DNA of 64,000 nt from Auanema rhodensis. Its lineage: Eukaryota; Animalia; Nematoda. Under the pieces are notes generated by a model that was not told the DNA's origin, did no database searches, and was given only the letters and a program-made list of their open reading frames with translations. Location of the stretch: NCBI GenBank assembly GCA_964057225.1, contig OZ059900.1:4030001-4094000 (forward strand). The letters are read 5' to 3'. This document shows, in pieces, positions 8,805 to 22,330 of the stretch (position 1 is its first letter; every line of letters begins with the position of its first letter). Both the position numbers and the translations under genes were made by a program.

Positions 8805-9648
8805 TACGAATGCCCCCGAATCGTCCCTATTAATCATTAATTCGACTCTCAAACCAATAAATAGAACCGAAGTCCTCTTTTATTATTCCATGATAGCACA
8901 TACAAGCAATCGCTTGCTTTGAGCGCTTTGATTTATTCAAAGTAAACCCGAGCCAGTATACACACCGAAGTACATACACAAAACCGACAAAATAGACACA
9001 TCTATGATTACCGGCAAGCCGTATCACAGAAAATGCCTCAGATCCAACTACGAGCTTTTTAACTACAGCAATAACGTTTTACACTAGTGGAGCTGGAATT
9101 ACCGCGGCTGCTGGCACCAGACTTGCCCTCCACTGGGTCCTTGTAGAGCTATTTAAGCTCAGCTCAGTGAAATAATCAATCTAAAAAGATTGATCTTTTT
9201 ATTTTTAGTTACTATCTCACTGAAGTAGTGGATAAGTTACGCGCCTGCTGCCTTCCTTGGATGTGGTAGCCGTTTCTAAGGCTCCCTCTCCGGAGTCGAA
9301 CCCTAATTCTCCGTTACCCGTGATCACCATGGTAAAACTCTATATTACCATCAGGTTGATAGGGCAAACATTAATATCGAAAAAAGACAGTAAAACCGTC
9401 GATTAACTGGGTTATTCAGAGTCAACAAACATTAAATTGGTTTGTACTAATAACTGCGTTGAACTTGGGAAGAAGAACAACTATTAAGCATGTATTAGCT
9501 CCAGAATTACCACAGTTATCCATAGAAATCGAGAAAAATCATATCTGCTCTAATGAGCCGTTCGCAGTTTCTCAAAAATAATGAACTTTATACATGCATG
9601 GCTTAATCTTTTACTTGAGCATACAGCGCTGACAGAATCAATCAGATT
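8805..9648 (-). rRNA. 18S: Truncated 18S rRNA, unit 3
   Basis: Near-identical to unit 1 (offset 7275). Confidence 0.97.
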
Positions 9649-11809
9649 CGCAATAGAGAATCCATTATTTCTTACTAAACAATATAAATATCGAGAAGTA
9701 GAATAATTTTTTTTTCCCAATTCACCAAAAAAATTAAGAAAGTTGAAAAATCACACAGAAACGACACATTATAGAAAATATTCACATTTTTCAATGTGAA
9801 CAAGTAAAATTGCAGATAACGAAAATTATTGTAAAAATTTTCTCCTGCTACCTTACGATTGTGATATCGTTTCGGTGAGTAGTGTAACAATCTTCAGATA
9901 TTATTTCATAATGTTTATATTCCGATGAAACATTCCAGTAAAAATTTTATGTAAAATACTTTTCCTGCAAAAATACACCTACAAACTACTTTTCCTGCAA
10001 AATTACACGAAAAAAAATTTTTCCTGCAAAAATACACAAAGAAAAAGTTTTCATGTATAAATACACGAAAAATAATTTTTCCTGCAAAAATACACAAAGA
10101 AAAAGTTTTCATGTATAAATACACAAAGAAAAAGTTTTCATGTATAAATACACGAAGAAACTACTTTTCCTGCAAAAATACACAAAGAAAAAGTTTTCAT
10201 GTATAAATACACGAAAAATAATTTTTCCTGCAAAAATACACAAAGAAAAAGTTTTCATGTATAAATACACAAAGAAAAAGTTTTCATGTATAAATACACG
10301 AAGAAACTACTTTTCCTGCAAAAATACACAAAGAAAAAGTTTTCATGTATAAATACACGAAAAAAAGTTTTTCCTGCAAAAATACACGAAGAAACTACTT
10401 TTACCGCAAAAATACACGAAGAAACTACTTTTCCTGCAAAAATACACCTACAAATTACATTTCCTGCAAAAATACACGAAAAAAAATTTTTCCTGCAAAA
10501 ATACACAAAGAAAAAGTTTTCATGTATAAACACACGAAAAAAAATTTTTCCTGCAAAAATACACGAAGAAACTACTTTTCTTGCAAAAATACACAAAGAA
10601 AAAGTTTTCCTGCAAATATACACGAAAAAAAATTTTTCCTGCAAAAATACACAAAAAAAACTTTTTCCTGCAAAAATACACGAAAAAAAATTTTTCCTAC
10701 AAAAATACACAAAAAAAAATTTTTCCCTGCAAAAATTCTAAAAAAAAATTTTTCCCTTGTAAAAATTCACTAAAAAAATTTTCTCCCTGCAAAAATGCGA
10801 AAAAAAAAAAATTTATTCAGAAATACTTCCCCGAAGACATATGGTATCAAAATTTCGTTCCTCTCTCATTTACTTGATTGATTCTGTCAGCGCTGTATGC
10901 TCAAGTAAAAGATTAAGCCATGCATGTATAAAGTTCATCATTTTTGAGAAACTGCGATAGGCTCACAGCTCAGAGACCAAAAAAATTTCCAAGTCCAAAA
11001 AAAATTTTTTTTTCAACATGTTTTCACGATACTCTCAAAACATTTTTTACACATTTTTAAAGAGTTTTAACATTGGAATTGAGAAACAAAATTTTTTTTT
11101 TACTTGATTGATTCTGTCAGCGCTGTAGCTTTCGTCAAGGATTAAGCCATGCCAACCGCTCACCGACCACAAAAAAATTTTTTTCACGTACTTGATTGAT
11201 TCTGTCAGCGCTGTATGCTCAAGTAAAAGATTAAGCCATGCATGTAGAAAGTTGAACTTTTTAAGCCAAACCGCCAACCGACCAAAAATTTTTTCTAGTC
11301 AAAAATTATGGAAATTTTTGAAAAAATATGCAAATTTTTTTTTTCAAAACTATTTTTCAGAGTAGTCTTATTCTATTTTCTGACTCTTTTTACATATTTT
11401 ACACTATATATGAAATATGTTTTGGAAAATTTCCCGATATGGCTTAATCCTTGAGGAAAGCTACAGCGCTGACAGAATCAATCAAGTAAAATTTGCCATT
11501 TTTATCAAAATTTTTGATTTTTTAAATTAAAATTCTCGGGTGACCATTTATATGCGCTTTTTTTTGAAAAATGGTTCCAATATTCCAATAAAGTATACTT
11601 TTTCTTGCAAATAAAGTATACCTTTTCTTACAAATAAAGTATACCTTTTTTAAAATAAGGTATCAATATTGCTATCGCTATATACAATCAATAAAACGTT
11701 ATTTGAAACAAGAATAAGGTATACTTTCAGGTATAAAACAAAACATCCAATCAAAGGATAGTCTCAACAGATCGCAGTTTATAAAGACTGCTCTACTGGA
11801 TACAACACC

Positions 11810-12653
11810 TACGAATGCCCCCGAATCGTCCCTATTAATCATTAATTCGACTCTCAAACCAATAAATAGAACCGAAGTCCTCTTTTATTATTCCATGATA
11901 GCACATACAAGCAATCGCTTGCTTTGAGCGCTTTGATTTATTCAAAGTAAACCCGAGCCAGTATACACACCGAAGTACATACACAAAACCGACAAAATAG
12001 ACACATCTATGATTACCGGCAAGCCGTATCACAGAAAATGCCTCAGATCCAACTACGAGCTTTTTAACTACAGCAATAACGTTTTACACTAGTGGAGCTG
12101 GAATTACCGCGGCTGCTGGCACCAGACTTGCCCTCCACTGGGTCCTTGTAGAGCTATTTAAGCTCAGCTCAGTGAAATAATCAATCTAAAAAGATTGATC
12201 TTTTTATTTTTAGTTACTATCTCACTGAAGTAGTGGATAAGTTACGCGCCTGCTGCCTTCCTTGGATGTGGTAGCCGTTTCTAAGGCTCCCTCTCCGGAG
12301 TCGAACCCTAATTCTCCGTTACCCGTGATCACCATGGTAAAACTCTATATTACCATCAGGTTGATAGGGCAAACATTAATCTCGAAAAAAGACAGTAAAA
12401 CCGTCGATTAACTGGGTTATTCAGAGTCAACAAACATTAAATTGGTTTGTACTAATAACTGCGTTGAACTTGGGAAGAAGAACAACTATTAAGCATGTAT
12501 TAGCTCCAGAATTACCACAGTTATCCATAGAAATCGAGAAAAATCATATCTGCTCTAATGAGCCGTTCGCAGTTTCTCAAAAATAATGAACTTTATACAT
12601 GCATGGCTTAATCTTTTACTTGAGCATACAGCGCTGACAGAATCAATCAGATT
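11810..12653 (-). rRNA. 18S: Truncated 18S rRNA, unit 4
   Basis: Near-identical to unit 1 (offset 10280). Confidence 0.97.
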
Positions 12654-13990
12654 CGCAATAGAGAATCCATTATTTCTTACTAAACAATATAAATATCGAG
12701 AAGTAGAATAATTTTTTTTTCCCAATTCACCAAAAAAATTAAGAAAGTTGAAAAATCACACAGAAACGACACATTATAGAAAATATTCACATTTTTCAAT
12801 GTGAACAAGTAAAATTGCAGATAACGAAAATTATTGTAAAAATTTTCTCCTGCTACCTTACGATTGTGATATCGTTTCGGTGAATAGTGTAACAATCTTC
12901 AGATATTATTTCATAATGTTTATATTCCGATGAAACATTCCAGTAAAAATTTTATGTAAAATACTTTTCCTGCAAAAATACACCTACAAACTACTTTTCC
13001 TGCAAAATTACACGAAAAAAAATTTTTCCTGCAAAAATACACAAAGAAAAAGTTTTCATGTATAAATACACGAAAAATAATTTTTCCTGCAAAAATACAC
13101 AAAGAAAAAGTTTTCATGTATAAATACACAAAGAAAAAGTTTTCATGTATAAATACACGAAGAAACTACTTTTCCTGCAAAAATACACAAAGAAAAAGTT
13201 TTCATGTATAAATACACGAAAAATAATTTTTCCTGCAAAAATACACAAAGAAAAAGTTTTCATGTATAAATACACGAAGAAACTACTTTTCCTGCAAAAA
13301 TACACAAAGAAAAAGTTTTCATGTATAAATACACGAAAAATAATTTTTCCTGCAAAAATACACAAAGAAAAAGTTTTCATGTATAAATACACAAAGAAAA
13401 AGTTTTCATGTATAAATACACGAAGAAACTACTTTTCCTGCAAAAATACACAAAGAAAAAGTTTTCATGTATAAATACACGAAAAAAAGTTTTTCCTGCA
13501 AAAATACACGAAGAAACTACTTTTACCGCAAAAATACACGAAGAAACTACTTTTCCTGCAAAAATACACCTACAAATTACATTTCCTGCAAAAATACACG
13601 AAAAAAAATTTTTCCTGCAAAAATACACAAAGAAAAAGTTTTCATGTATAAACACACGAAAAAAAATTTTTCCTGCAAAAATACACGAAGAAACTACTTT
13701 TCTTGCAAAAATACACAAAGAAAAAGTTTTCCTGCAAATATACACGAAAAAAAATTTTTCCTGCAAAAATACACGAAAAAAAATTTTTCCTGCAAAAATA
13801 CACGAAAAAAAATTTTTCCTACAAAAATACACAAAAAAAAATTTTTCCCTGCAAAAATTCTGAAAAAAAATTTTTCCCTTGTAAAAATTCACTAAAAAAT
13901 TTTTCTCCCTGCAAAAATGCGAAAAAAAAAATTTATTCAGAAATACTTCCCCGAAGACATATGGTATCAAAATTTCGTTCCTCTCTCATT

Positions 13991-14626
13991 TACTTGATTG
14001 ATTCTGTCAGCGCTGTATGCTCAAGTAAAAGATTAAGCCATGCATGTATAAAGTTCATCATTTTTGAGAAACTGCGATAGGCTCACAGCTCAGAGACCAA
14101 AAAAATTTCCAAGTCCAAAAAAAATTTTTTTTTCAACATGTTTTCACGATACTCTCAAAACATTTTTTACACATTTTTAAAGAGTTTTAACATTGGAATT
14201 GAGAAACAAAATTTTTTTTTTACTTGATTGATTCTGTCAGCGCTGTAGCTTTCGTCAAGGATTAAGCCATGCCAACCGCTCACCGACCACAAAAAAATTT
14301 TTTTCACGTACTTGATTGATTCTGTCAGCGCTGTATGCTCAAGTAAAAGATTAAGCCATGCATGTATAAAGTTCATCATTTTTGAGAAACTGCGATAGGC
14401 TCACAGCTCAGAGACCAAAAAAATTTCCAGGTCCAAAAAAAATTTTTTTTTCAACATGTTTTCACGATACTCTCAAAACATTTTTTACACATTTTTAAAG
14501 AGTTTTAACATTGGAATTGAGAAACAAAATTTTTTTTTTACTTGATTGATTCTGTCAGCGCTGTAGCTTTCGTCAAGGATTAAGCCATGCCAACCGCTCA
14601 CCGACCACAAAAAAATTTTTTTCACG
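13991..14626 (+). repeat. 318-bp tandem duplication in the 18S-5'-end cassette (also 20230-20865, 23464-24099, 26786-27421, 51113-51748, 54435-55070, 61467-62102)
   Basis: The A-B segment appears twice, with landmarks 318 bp apart (e.g. 14167 and 14485), equal to the A-to-C distance (909-591). Confidence 0.95.
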
Positions 14627-15247
14627 TACTTGATTGATTCTGTCAGCGCTGTATGCTCAAGTAAAAGATTAAGCCATGCATGTAGAAAGTTGAACTTTTT
14701 AAGCCAAACCGCCAACCGACCAAAAATTTTTTCTAGTCAAAAATTATGGAAATTTTTGAAAAAATATGCAAATTTTTTTTTTCAAAACTATTTTTCAGAG
14801 TAGTCTTATTCTATTTTCTGACTCTTTTTACATATTTTACACTATATATGAAATATGTTTTGGAAAATTTCCCGATATGGCTTAATCCTTGAGGAAAGCT
14901 ACAGCGCTGACAGAATCAATCAAGTAAAATTTGCCATTTTTATCAAAATTTTTGATTTTTTAAATTAAAATTCTCGGGTGACCATTTATATGCGCTTTTT
15001 TTTGAAAAATGGTTCCAATATTCCAATAAAGTATACTTTTTCTTACAAATAAAGTATACCTTTTCTTACAAATAAAGTATACCTTTTTTAAAATAAGGTA
15101 TCAATATTGCTATCGCTATATACAATCAATAAAACGTTATTTGAAACAAGAATAAGGTATACTTTCAGGTATAAAACAAAACATCCAATCAAAGGATAGT
15201 CTCAACAGATCGCAGTTTATAAAGACTGCTCTACTGGATACAACACC

Positions 15248-16091
15248 TACGAATGCCCCCGAATCGTCCCTATTAATCATTAATTCGACTCTCAAACCAA
15301 TAAATAGAACCGAAGTCCTCTTTTATTATTCCATGATAGCACATACAAGCAATCGCTTGCTTTGAGCGCTTTGATTTATTCAAAGTAAACCCGAGCCAGT
15401 ATACACACCGAAGTACATACACAAAACCGACAAAATAGACACATCTATGATTACCGGCAAGCCGTATCACAGAAAATGCCTCAGATCCAACTACGAGCTT
15501 TTTAACTACAGCAATAACGTTTTACACTAGTGGAGCTGGAATTACCGCGGCTGCTGGCACCAGACTTGCCCTCCACTGGGTCCTTGTAGAGCTATTTAAG
15601 CTCAGCTCAGTGAAATAATCAATCTAAAAAGATTGATCTTTTTATTTTTAGTTACTATCTCACTGAAGTAGTGGATAAGTTACGCGCCTGCTGCCTTCCT
15701 TGGATGTGGTAGCCGTTTCTAAGGCTCCCTCTCCGGAGTCGAACCCTAATTCTCCGTTACCCGTGATCACCATGGTAAAACTCTATATTACCATCAGGTT
15801 GATAGGGCAAACATTAATCTCGAAAAAAGACAGTAAAACCGTCGATTAACTGGGTTATTCAGAGTCAACAAACATTAAATTGGTTTGTACTAATAACTGC
15901 GTTGAACTTGGGAAGAAGAACAACTATTAAGCATGTATTAGCTCCAGAATTACCACAGTTATCCATTGAAATCGAGAAAAATCATATCTGCTCTAATGAG
16001 CCGTTCGCAGTTTCTCAAAAATAATGAACTTTATACATGCATGGCTTAATCTTTTACTTGAGCATACAGCGCTGACAGAATCAATCAGATT
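15248..16091 (-). rRNA. 18S: Truncated 18S rRNA, unit 5
   Basis: Near-identical to unit 1 (offset 13718). Confidence 0.97.
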
Positions 16092-18252
16092 CGCAATAGA
16101 GAATCCATTATTTCTTACTAAACAATATAAATATCGAGAAGTAGAATAATTTTTTTTTCCCAATTCCCCAAAAAAATTAAGAAAGTTGAAAAATCACACA
16201 GAAACGACACATTATAGAAAATATTCACATTTTTCAATGTGAACAAGTAAAATTGCAGATAACGAAAATTATTGTAAAAATTTTCTCCTGCTACCTTACG
16301 ATTGTGATATCGTTTCGGTGAATAGTGTAACAATCTTCAGATATTATTTCATAATGTTTATATTCCGATGAAACATTCCAGTAAAAATTTTATGTAAAAT
16401 ACTTTTCCTGCAAAAATACACCTACAAACTACTTTTCCTGCAAAATTACACGAAAAAAAATTTTTCCTGCAAAAATACACAAAGAAAAAGTTTTCATGTA
16501 TAAATACACGAAAAAAAATTTTTCCTGCAAAAATACACAAAGAAAAAGTTTTCATGTATAAATACACAAAGAAAAAGTTTTCATGTATAAATACACGAAG
16601 AAACTACTTTTCCTGCAAAAATACACAAAGAAAAAGTTTTCATGTATAAATACACGAAAAATAATTTTTCCTGCAAAAATACACAAAGAAAAAGTTTTCA
16701 TGTATAAATACACAAAGAAAAAGTTTTCATGTATAAATACACGAAGAAACTACTTTTCCTGCAAAAATACACAAAGAAAAAGTTTTCATGTATAAATACA
16801 CGAAAAAAAGTTTTTCCTGCAAAAATACACGAAGAAACTACTTTTACCGCAAAAATACACGAAGAAACTACTTTTCCTGCAAAAATACACCTACAAATTA
16901 CATTTCCTGCAAAAATACACGAAAAAAAATTTTTCCTGCAAAAATACACAAAGAAAAAGTTTTCATGTATAAACACACGAAAAAAAATTTTTCCTGCAAA
17001 AATACACGAAGAAACTACTTTTCTTGCAAAAATACACAAAGAAAAAGTTTTCCTGCAAATATACACGAAAAAAAATTTTTCCTGCAAAAATACACAAAAA
17101 AAACTTTTTCCTGCAAAAATACACGAAAAAAAATTTTTCCTACAAAAATACACAAAAAAAAATTTTTCCCTGCAAAAATTCTAAAAAAAAATTTTTCCCT
17201 TGTAAAAATTCACTAAAAAAATTTTCTCCCTGCAAAAATGCGAAAAAAAAAAAATTTATTCAGAAATACTTCCCCGAAGACATATGGTATCAAAATTTCG
17301 TTCCTCTCTCATTTACTTGATTGATTCTGTCAGCGCTGTATGCTCAAGTAAAAGATTAAGCCATGCATGTATAAAGTTCATCATTTTTGAGAAACTGCGA
17401 TAGGCTCACAGCTCAGAGACCAAAAAAATTTCCAAGTCCAAAAAAAATTTTTTTTTCAACATGTTTTCACGATACTCTCAAAACATTTTTTACACATTTT
17501 TAAAGAGTTTTAACATTGGAATTGAGAAACAAAATTTTTTTTTTACTTGATTGATTCTGTCAGCGCTGTAGCTTTCGTCAAGGATTAAGCCATGCCAACC
17601 GCTCACCGACCACAAAAAAATTTTTTTCACGTACTTGATTGATTCTGTCAGCGCTGTATGCTCAAGTAAAAGATTAAGCCATGCATGTAGAAAGTTGAAC
17701 TTTTTAAGCCAAACCGCCAACCGACCAAAAATTTTTTCTAGTCAAAAATTATGGAAATTTTTGAAAAAATATGCAAATTTTTTTTTTCAAAACTATTTTT
17801 CAGAGTAGTCTTATTCTATTTTCTGACTCTTTTTACATATTTTACACTATATATGAAATATGTTTTGGAAAATTTCCCGATATGGCTTAATCCTTGAGGA
17901 AAGCTACAGCGCTGACAGAATCAATCAAGTAAAATTTGCCATTTTTATCAAAATTTTTGATTTTTTAAATTAAAATTCTCGGGTGACCATTTATATGCGC
18001 TTTTTTTTGAAAAATGGTTCCAATATTCCAATAAAGTATACTTTTTCTTGCAAATAAAGTATACCTTTTCTTACAAATAAAGTATACCTTTTTTAAAATA
18101 AGGTATCAATATTGCTATCGCTATATACAATCAATAAAACGTTATTTGAAACAAGAATAAGGTATACTTTCAGGTATAAAACAAAACATCCAATCAAAGG
18201 ATAGTCTCAACAGATCGCAGTTTATAAAGACTGCTCTACTGGATACAACACC

Positions 18253-19096
18253 TACGAATGCCCCCGAATCGTCCCTATTAATCATTAATTCGACTCTCAA
18301 ACCAATAAATAGAACCGAAGTCCTCTTTTATTATTCCATGATAGCACATACAAGCAATCGCTTGCTTTGAGCGCTTTGATTTATTCAAAGTAAACCCGAG
18401 CCAGTATACACACCGAAGTACATACACAAAACCGACAAAATAGACACATCTATGATTACCGGCAAGCCGTATCACAGAAAATGCCTCAGATCCAACTACG
18501 AGCTTTTTAACTACAGCAATAACGTTTTACACTAGTGGAGCTGGAATTACCGCGGCTGCTGGCACCAGACTTGCCCTCCACTGGGTCCTTGTAGAGCTAT
18601 TTAAGCTCAGCTCAGTGAAATAATCAATCTAAAAAGATTGATCTTTTTATTTTTAGTTACTATCTCACTGAAGTAGTGGATAAGTTACGCGCCTGCTGCC
18701 TTCCTTGGATGTGGTAGCCGTTTCTAAGGCTCCCTCTCCGGAGTCGAACCCTAATTCTCCGTTACCCGTGATCACCATGGTAAAACTCTATATTACCATC
18801 AGGTTGATAGGGCAAACATTAATCTCGAAAAAAGACAGTAAAACCGTCGATTAACTGGGTTATTCAGGGTCAACAAACATTAAATTGGTTTGTACTAATA
18901 ACTGCGTTGAACTTGGGAAGAAGAACAACTATTAAGCATGTATTAGCTCCAGAATTACCACAGTTATCCATAGAAATCGAGAAAAATCATATCTGCTCTA
19001 ATGAGCCGTTCGCAGTTTCTCAAAAATAATGAACTTTATACATGCATGGCTTAATCTTTTACTTGAGCATACAGCGCTGACAGAATCAATCAGATT
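18253..19096 (-). rRNA. 18S: Truncated 18S rRNA, unit 6
   Basis: Near-identical to unit 1 (offset 16723). Confidence 0.97.
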
Positions 19097-21486
19097 CGCA
19101 ATAGAGAATCCATTATTTCTTACTAAACAATATAAATATCGAGAAGTAGAATAATTTTTTTTTCCCAATTCACCAAAAAAATTAAGAAAGTTGAAAAATC
19201 ACACAGAAACGACACATTATAGAAAATATTCACATTTTTCAATGTGAACAAGTAAAATTGCAGATAACGAAAATTATTGTAAAAATTTTCTCCTGCTACC
19301 TTACGATTGTGATATCGTTTCGGTGAATAGTGTAACAATCTTCAGATATTATTTCATAATGTTTATATTCCGATGAAACATTCCAGTAAAAATTTTATGT
19401 AAAATACTTTTCCTGCAAAAATACACCTACAAACTACTTTTCCTGCAAAATTACACGAAAAAAAATTTTTCCTGCAAAAATACACAAAGAAAAAGTTTTC
19501 ATGTATAAATACACGAAAAATAATTTTTCCTGCAAAAATACACAAAGAAAAAGTTTTCATGTATAAATACACAAAGAAAAAGTTTTCATGTATAAATACA
19601 CGAAGAAACTACTTTTCCTGCAAAAATACACAAAGAAAAAGTTTTCATGTATAAATACACGAAAAATAATTTTTCCTGCAAAAATACACAAAGAAAAAGT
19701 TTTCATGTATAAATACACAAAGAAAAAGTTTTCATGTATAAATACACGAAGAAACTACTTTTCCTGCAAAAATACACAAAGAAAAAGTTTTCATGTATAA
19801 ATACACGAAAAAAAGTTTTTCCTGCAAAAATACACGAAGAAACTACTTTTACCGCAAAAATACACGAAGAAACTACTTTTCCTGCAAAAATACACCTACA
19901 AATTACATTTCCTGCAAAAATACACGAAAAAAAATTTTTCCTGCAAAAATACACAAAGAAAAAGTTTTCATGTATAAACACACGAAAAAAAATTTTTCCT
20001 GCAAAAATACACGAAAAAAAATTTTTCCTGCAAAAATACACGTAAAAAAATTTTTCCTACAAAAATACACAAAAAAAAATTTTTCCCTGCAAAAATTCTG
20101 AAAAAAAATTTTTCCCTTGTAAAAATTCACTAAAAAATTTTTCTCCCTGCAAAAATGCGAAAAAAAAAAATTTATTCAGAAATACTTCCCCGAAGACATA
20201 TGGTATCAAAATTTCGTTCCTCTCTCATTTACTTGATTGATTCTGTCAGCGCTGTATGCTCAAGTAAAAGATTAAGCCATGCATGTATAAAGTTCATCAT
20301 TTTTGAGAAACTGCGATAGGCTCACAGCTCAGAGACCAAAAAAATTTCCAAGTCCAAAAAAAATTTTTTTTTCAACATGTTTTCACGATACTCTCAAAAC
20401 ATTTTTTACACATTTTTAAAGAGTTTTAACATTGGAATTGAGAAACAAAATTTTTTTTTTACTTGATTGATTCTGTCAGCGCTGTAGCTTTCGTCAAGGA
20501 TTAAGCCATGCCAACCGCTCACCGACCACAAAAAAATTTTTTTCACGTACTTGATTGATTCTGTCAGCGCTGTATGCTCAAGTAAAAGATTAAGCCATGC
20601 ATGTATAAAGTTCATCATTTTTGAGAAACTGCGATAGGCTCACAGCTCAGAGACCAAAAAAATTTCCAAGTCCAAAAAAAATTTTTTTTTCAACATGTTT
20701 TCACGATACTCTCAAAACATTTTTTACACATTTTTAAAGAGTTTTAACATTGGAATTGAGAAACAAAATTTTTTTTTTACTTGATTGATTCTGTCAGCGC
20801 TGTAGCTTTCGTCAAGGATTAAGCCATGCCAACCGCTCACCGACCACAAAAAAATTTTTTTCACGTACTTGATTGATTCTGTCAGCGCTGTATGCTCAAG
20901 TAAAAGATTAAGCCATGCATGTAGAAAGTTGAACTTTTTAAGCCAAACCGCCAACCGACCAAAAATTTTTTCTAGTCAAAAATTATGGAAATTTTTGAAA
21001 AAATATGCAAATTTTTTTTTTCAAAACTATTTTTCAGAGTAGTCTTATTCTATTTTCTGACTCTTTTTACATATTTTACACTATATATGAAATATGTTTT
21101 GGAAAATTTCCCGATATGGCTTAATCCTTGAGGAAAGCTACAGCGCTGACAGAATCAATCAAGTAAAATTTGCCATTTTTATCAAAATTTTTGATTTTTT
21201 AAATTAAAATTCTCGGGTGACCATTTATATGCGCTTTTTTTTGAAAAATGGTTCCAATATTCCAATAAAGTATACTTTTTCTTACAAATAAAGTATACCT
21301 TTTCTTACAAATAAAGTATACCTTTTTTAAAATAAGGTATCAATATTGCTATCGCTATATACAATCAATAAAACGTTATTTGAAACAAGAATAAGGTATA
21401 CTTTCAGGTATAAAACAAAACATCCAATCAAAGGATAGTCTCAACAGATCGCAGTTTATAAAGACTGCTCTACTGGATACAACACC

Positions 21487-22330
21487 TACGAATGCCCCCG
21501 AATCGTCCCTATTAATCATTAATTCGACTCTCAAACCAATAAATAGAACCGAAGTCCTCTTTTATTATTCCATGATAGCACATACAAGCAATCGCTTGCT
21601 TTGAGCGCTTTGATTTATTCAAAGTAAACCCGAGCCAGTATACACACCGAAGTACATACACAAAACCGACAAAATAGACACATCTATGATTACCGGCAAG
21701 CCGTATCACAGAAAATGCCTCAGATCCAACTACGAGCTTTTTAACTACAGCAATAACGTTTTACACTAGTGGAGCTGGAATTACCGCGGCTGCTGGCACC
21801 AGACTTGCCCTCCACTGGGTCCTTGTAGAGCTATTTAAGCTCAGCTCAGTGAAATAATCAATCTAAAAAGATTGATCTTTTTATTTTTAGTTACTATCTC
21901 ACTGAAGTAGTGGATAAGTTACGCGCCTGCTGCCTTCCTTGGATGTGGTAGCCGTTTCTAAGGCTCCCTCTCCGGAGTCGAACCCTAATTCTCCGTTACC
22001 CGTGATCACCATGGTAAAACTCTATATTACCATCAGGTTGATAGGGCAAACATTAATCTCGAAAAAAGACAGTAAAACCGTCGATTAACTGGGTTATTCA
22101 GAGTCAACAAACATTAAATTGGTTTGTACTAATAACTGCGTTGAACTTGGGAAGAAGAACAACTATTAAGCATGTATTAGCTCCAGAATTACCACAGTTA
22201 TCCATAGAAATCGAGAAAAATCATATCTGCTCTAATGAGCCGTTCGCAGTTTCTCAAAAATAATGAACTTTATACATGCATGGCTTAATCTTTTACTTGA
22301 GCATACAGCGCTGACAGAATCAATCAGATT
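21487..22330 (-). rRNA. 18S: Truncated 18S rRNA, unit 7
   Basis: Near-identical to unit 1 (offset 19957). Confidence 0.97.
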
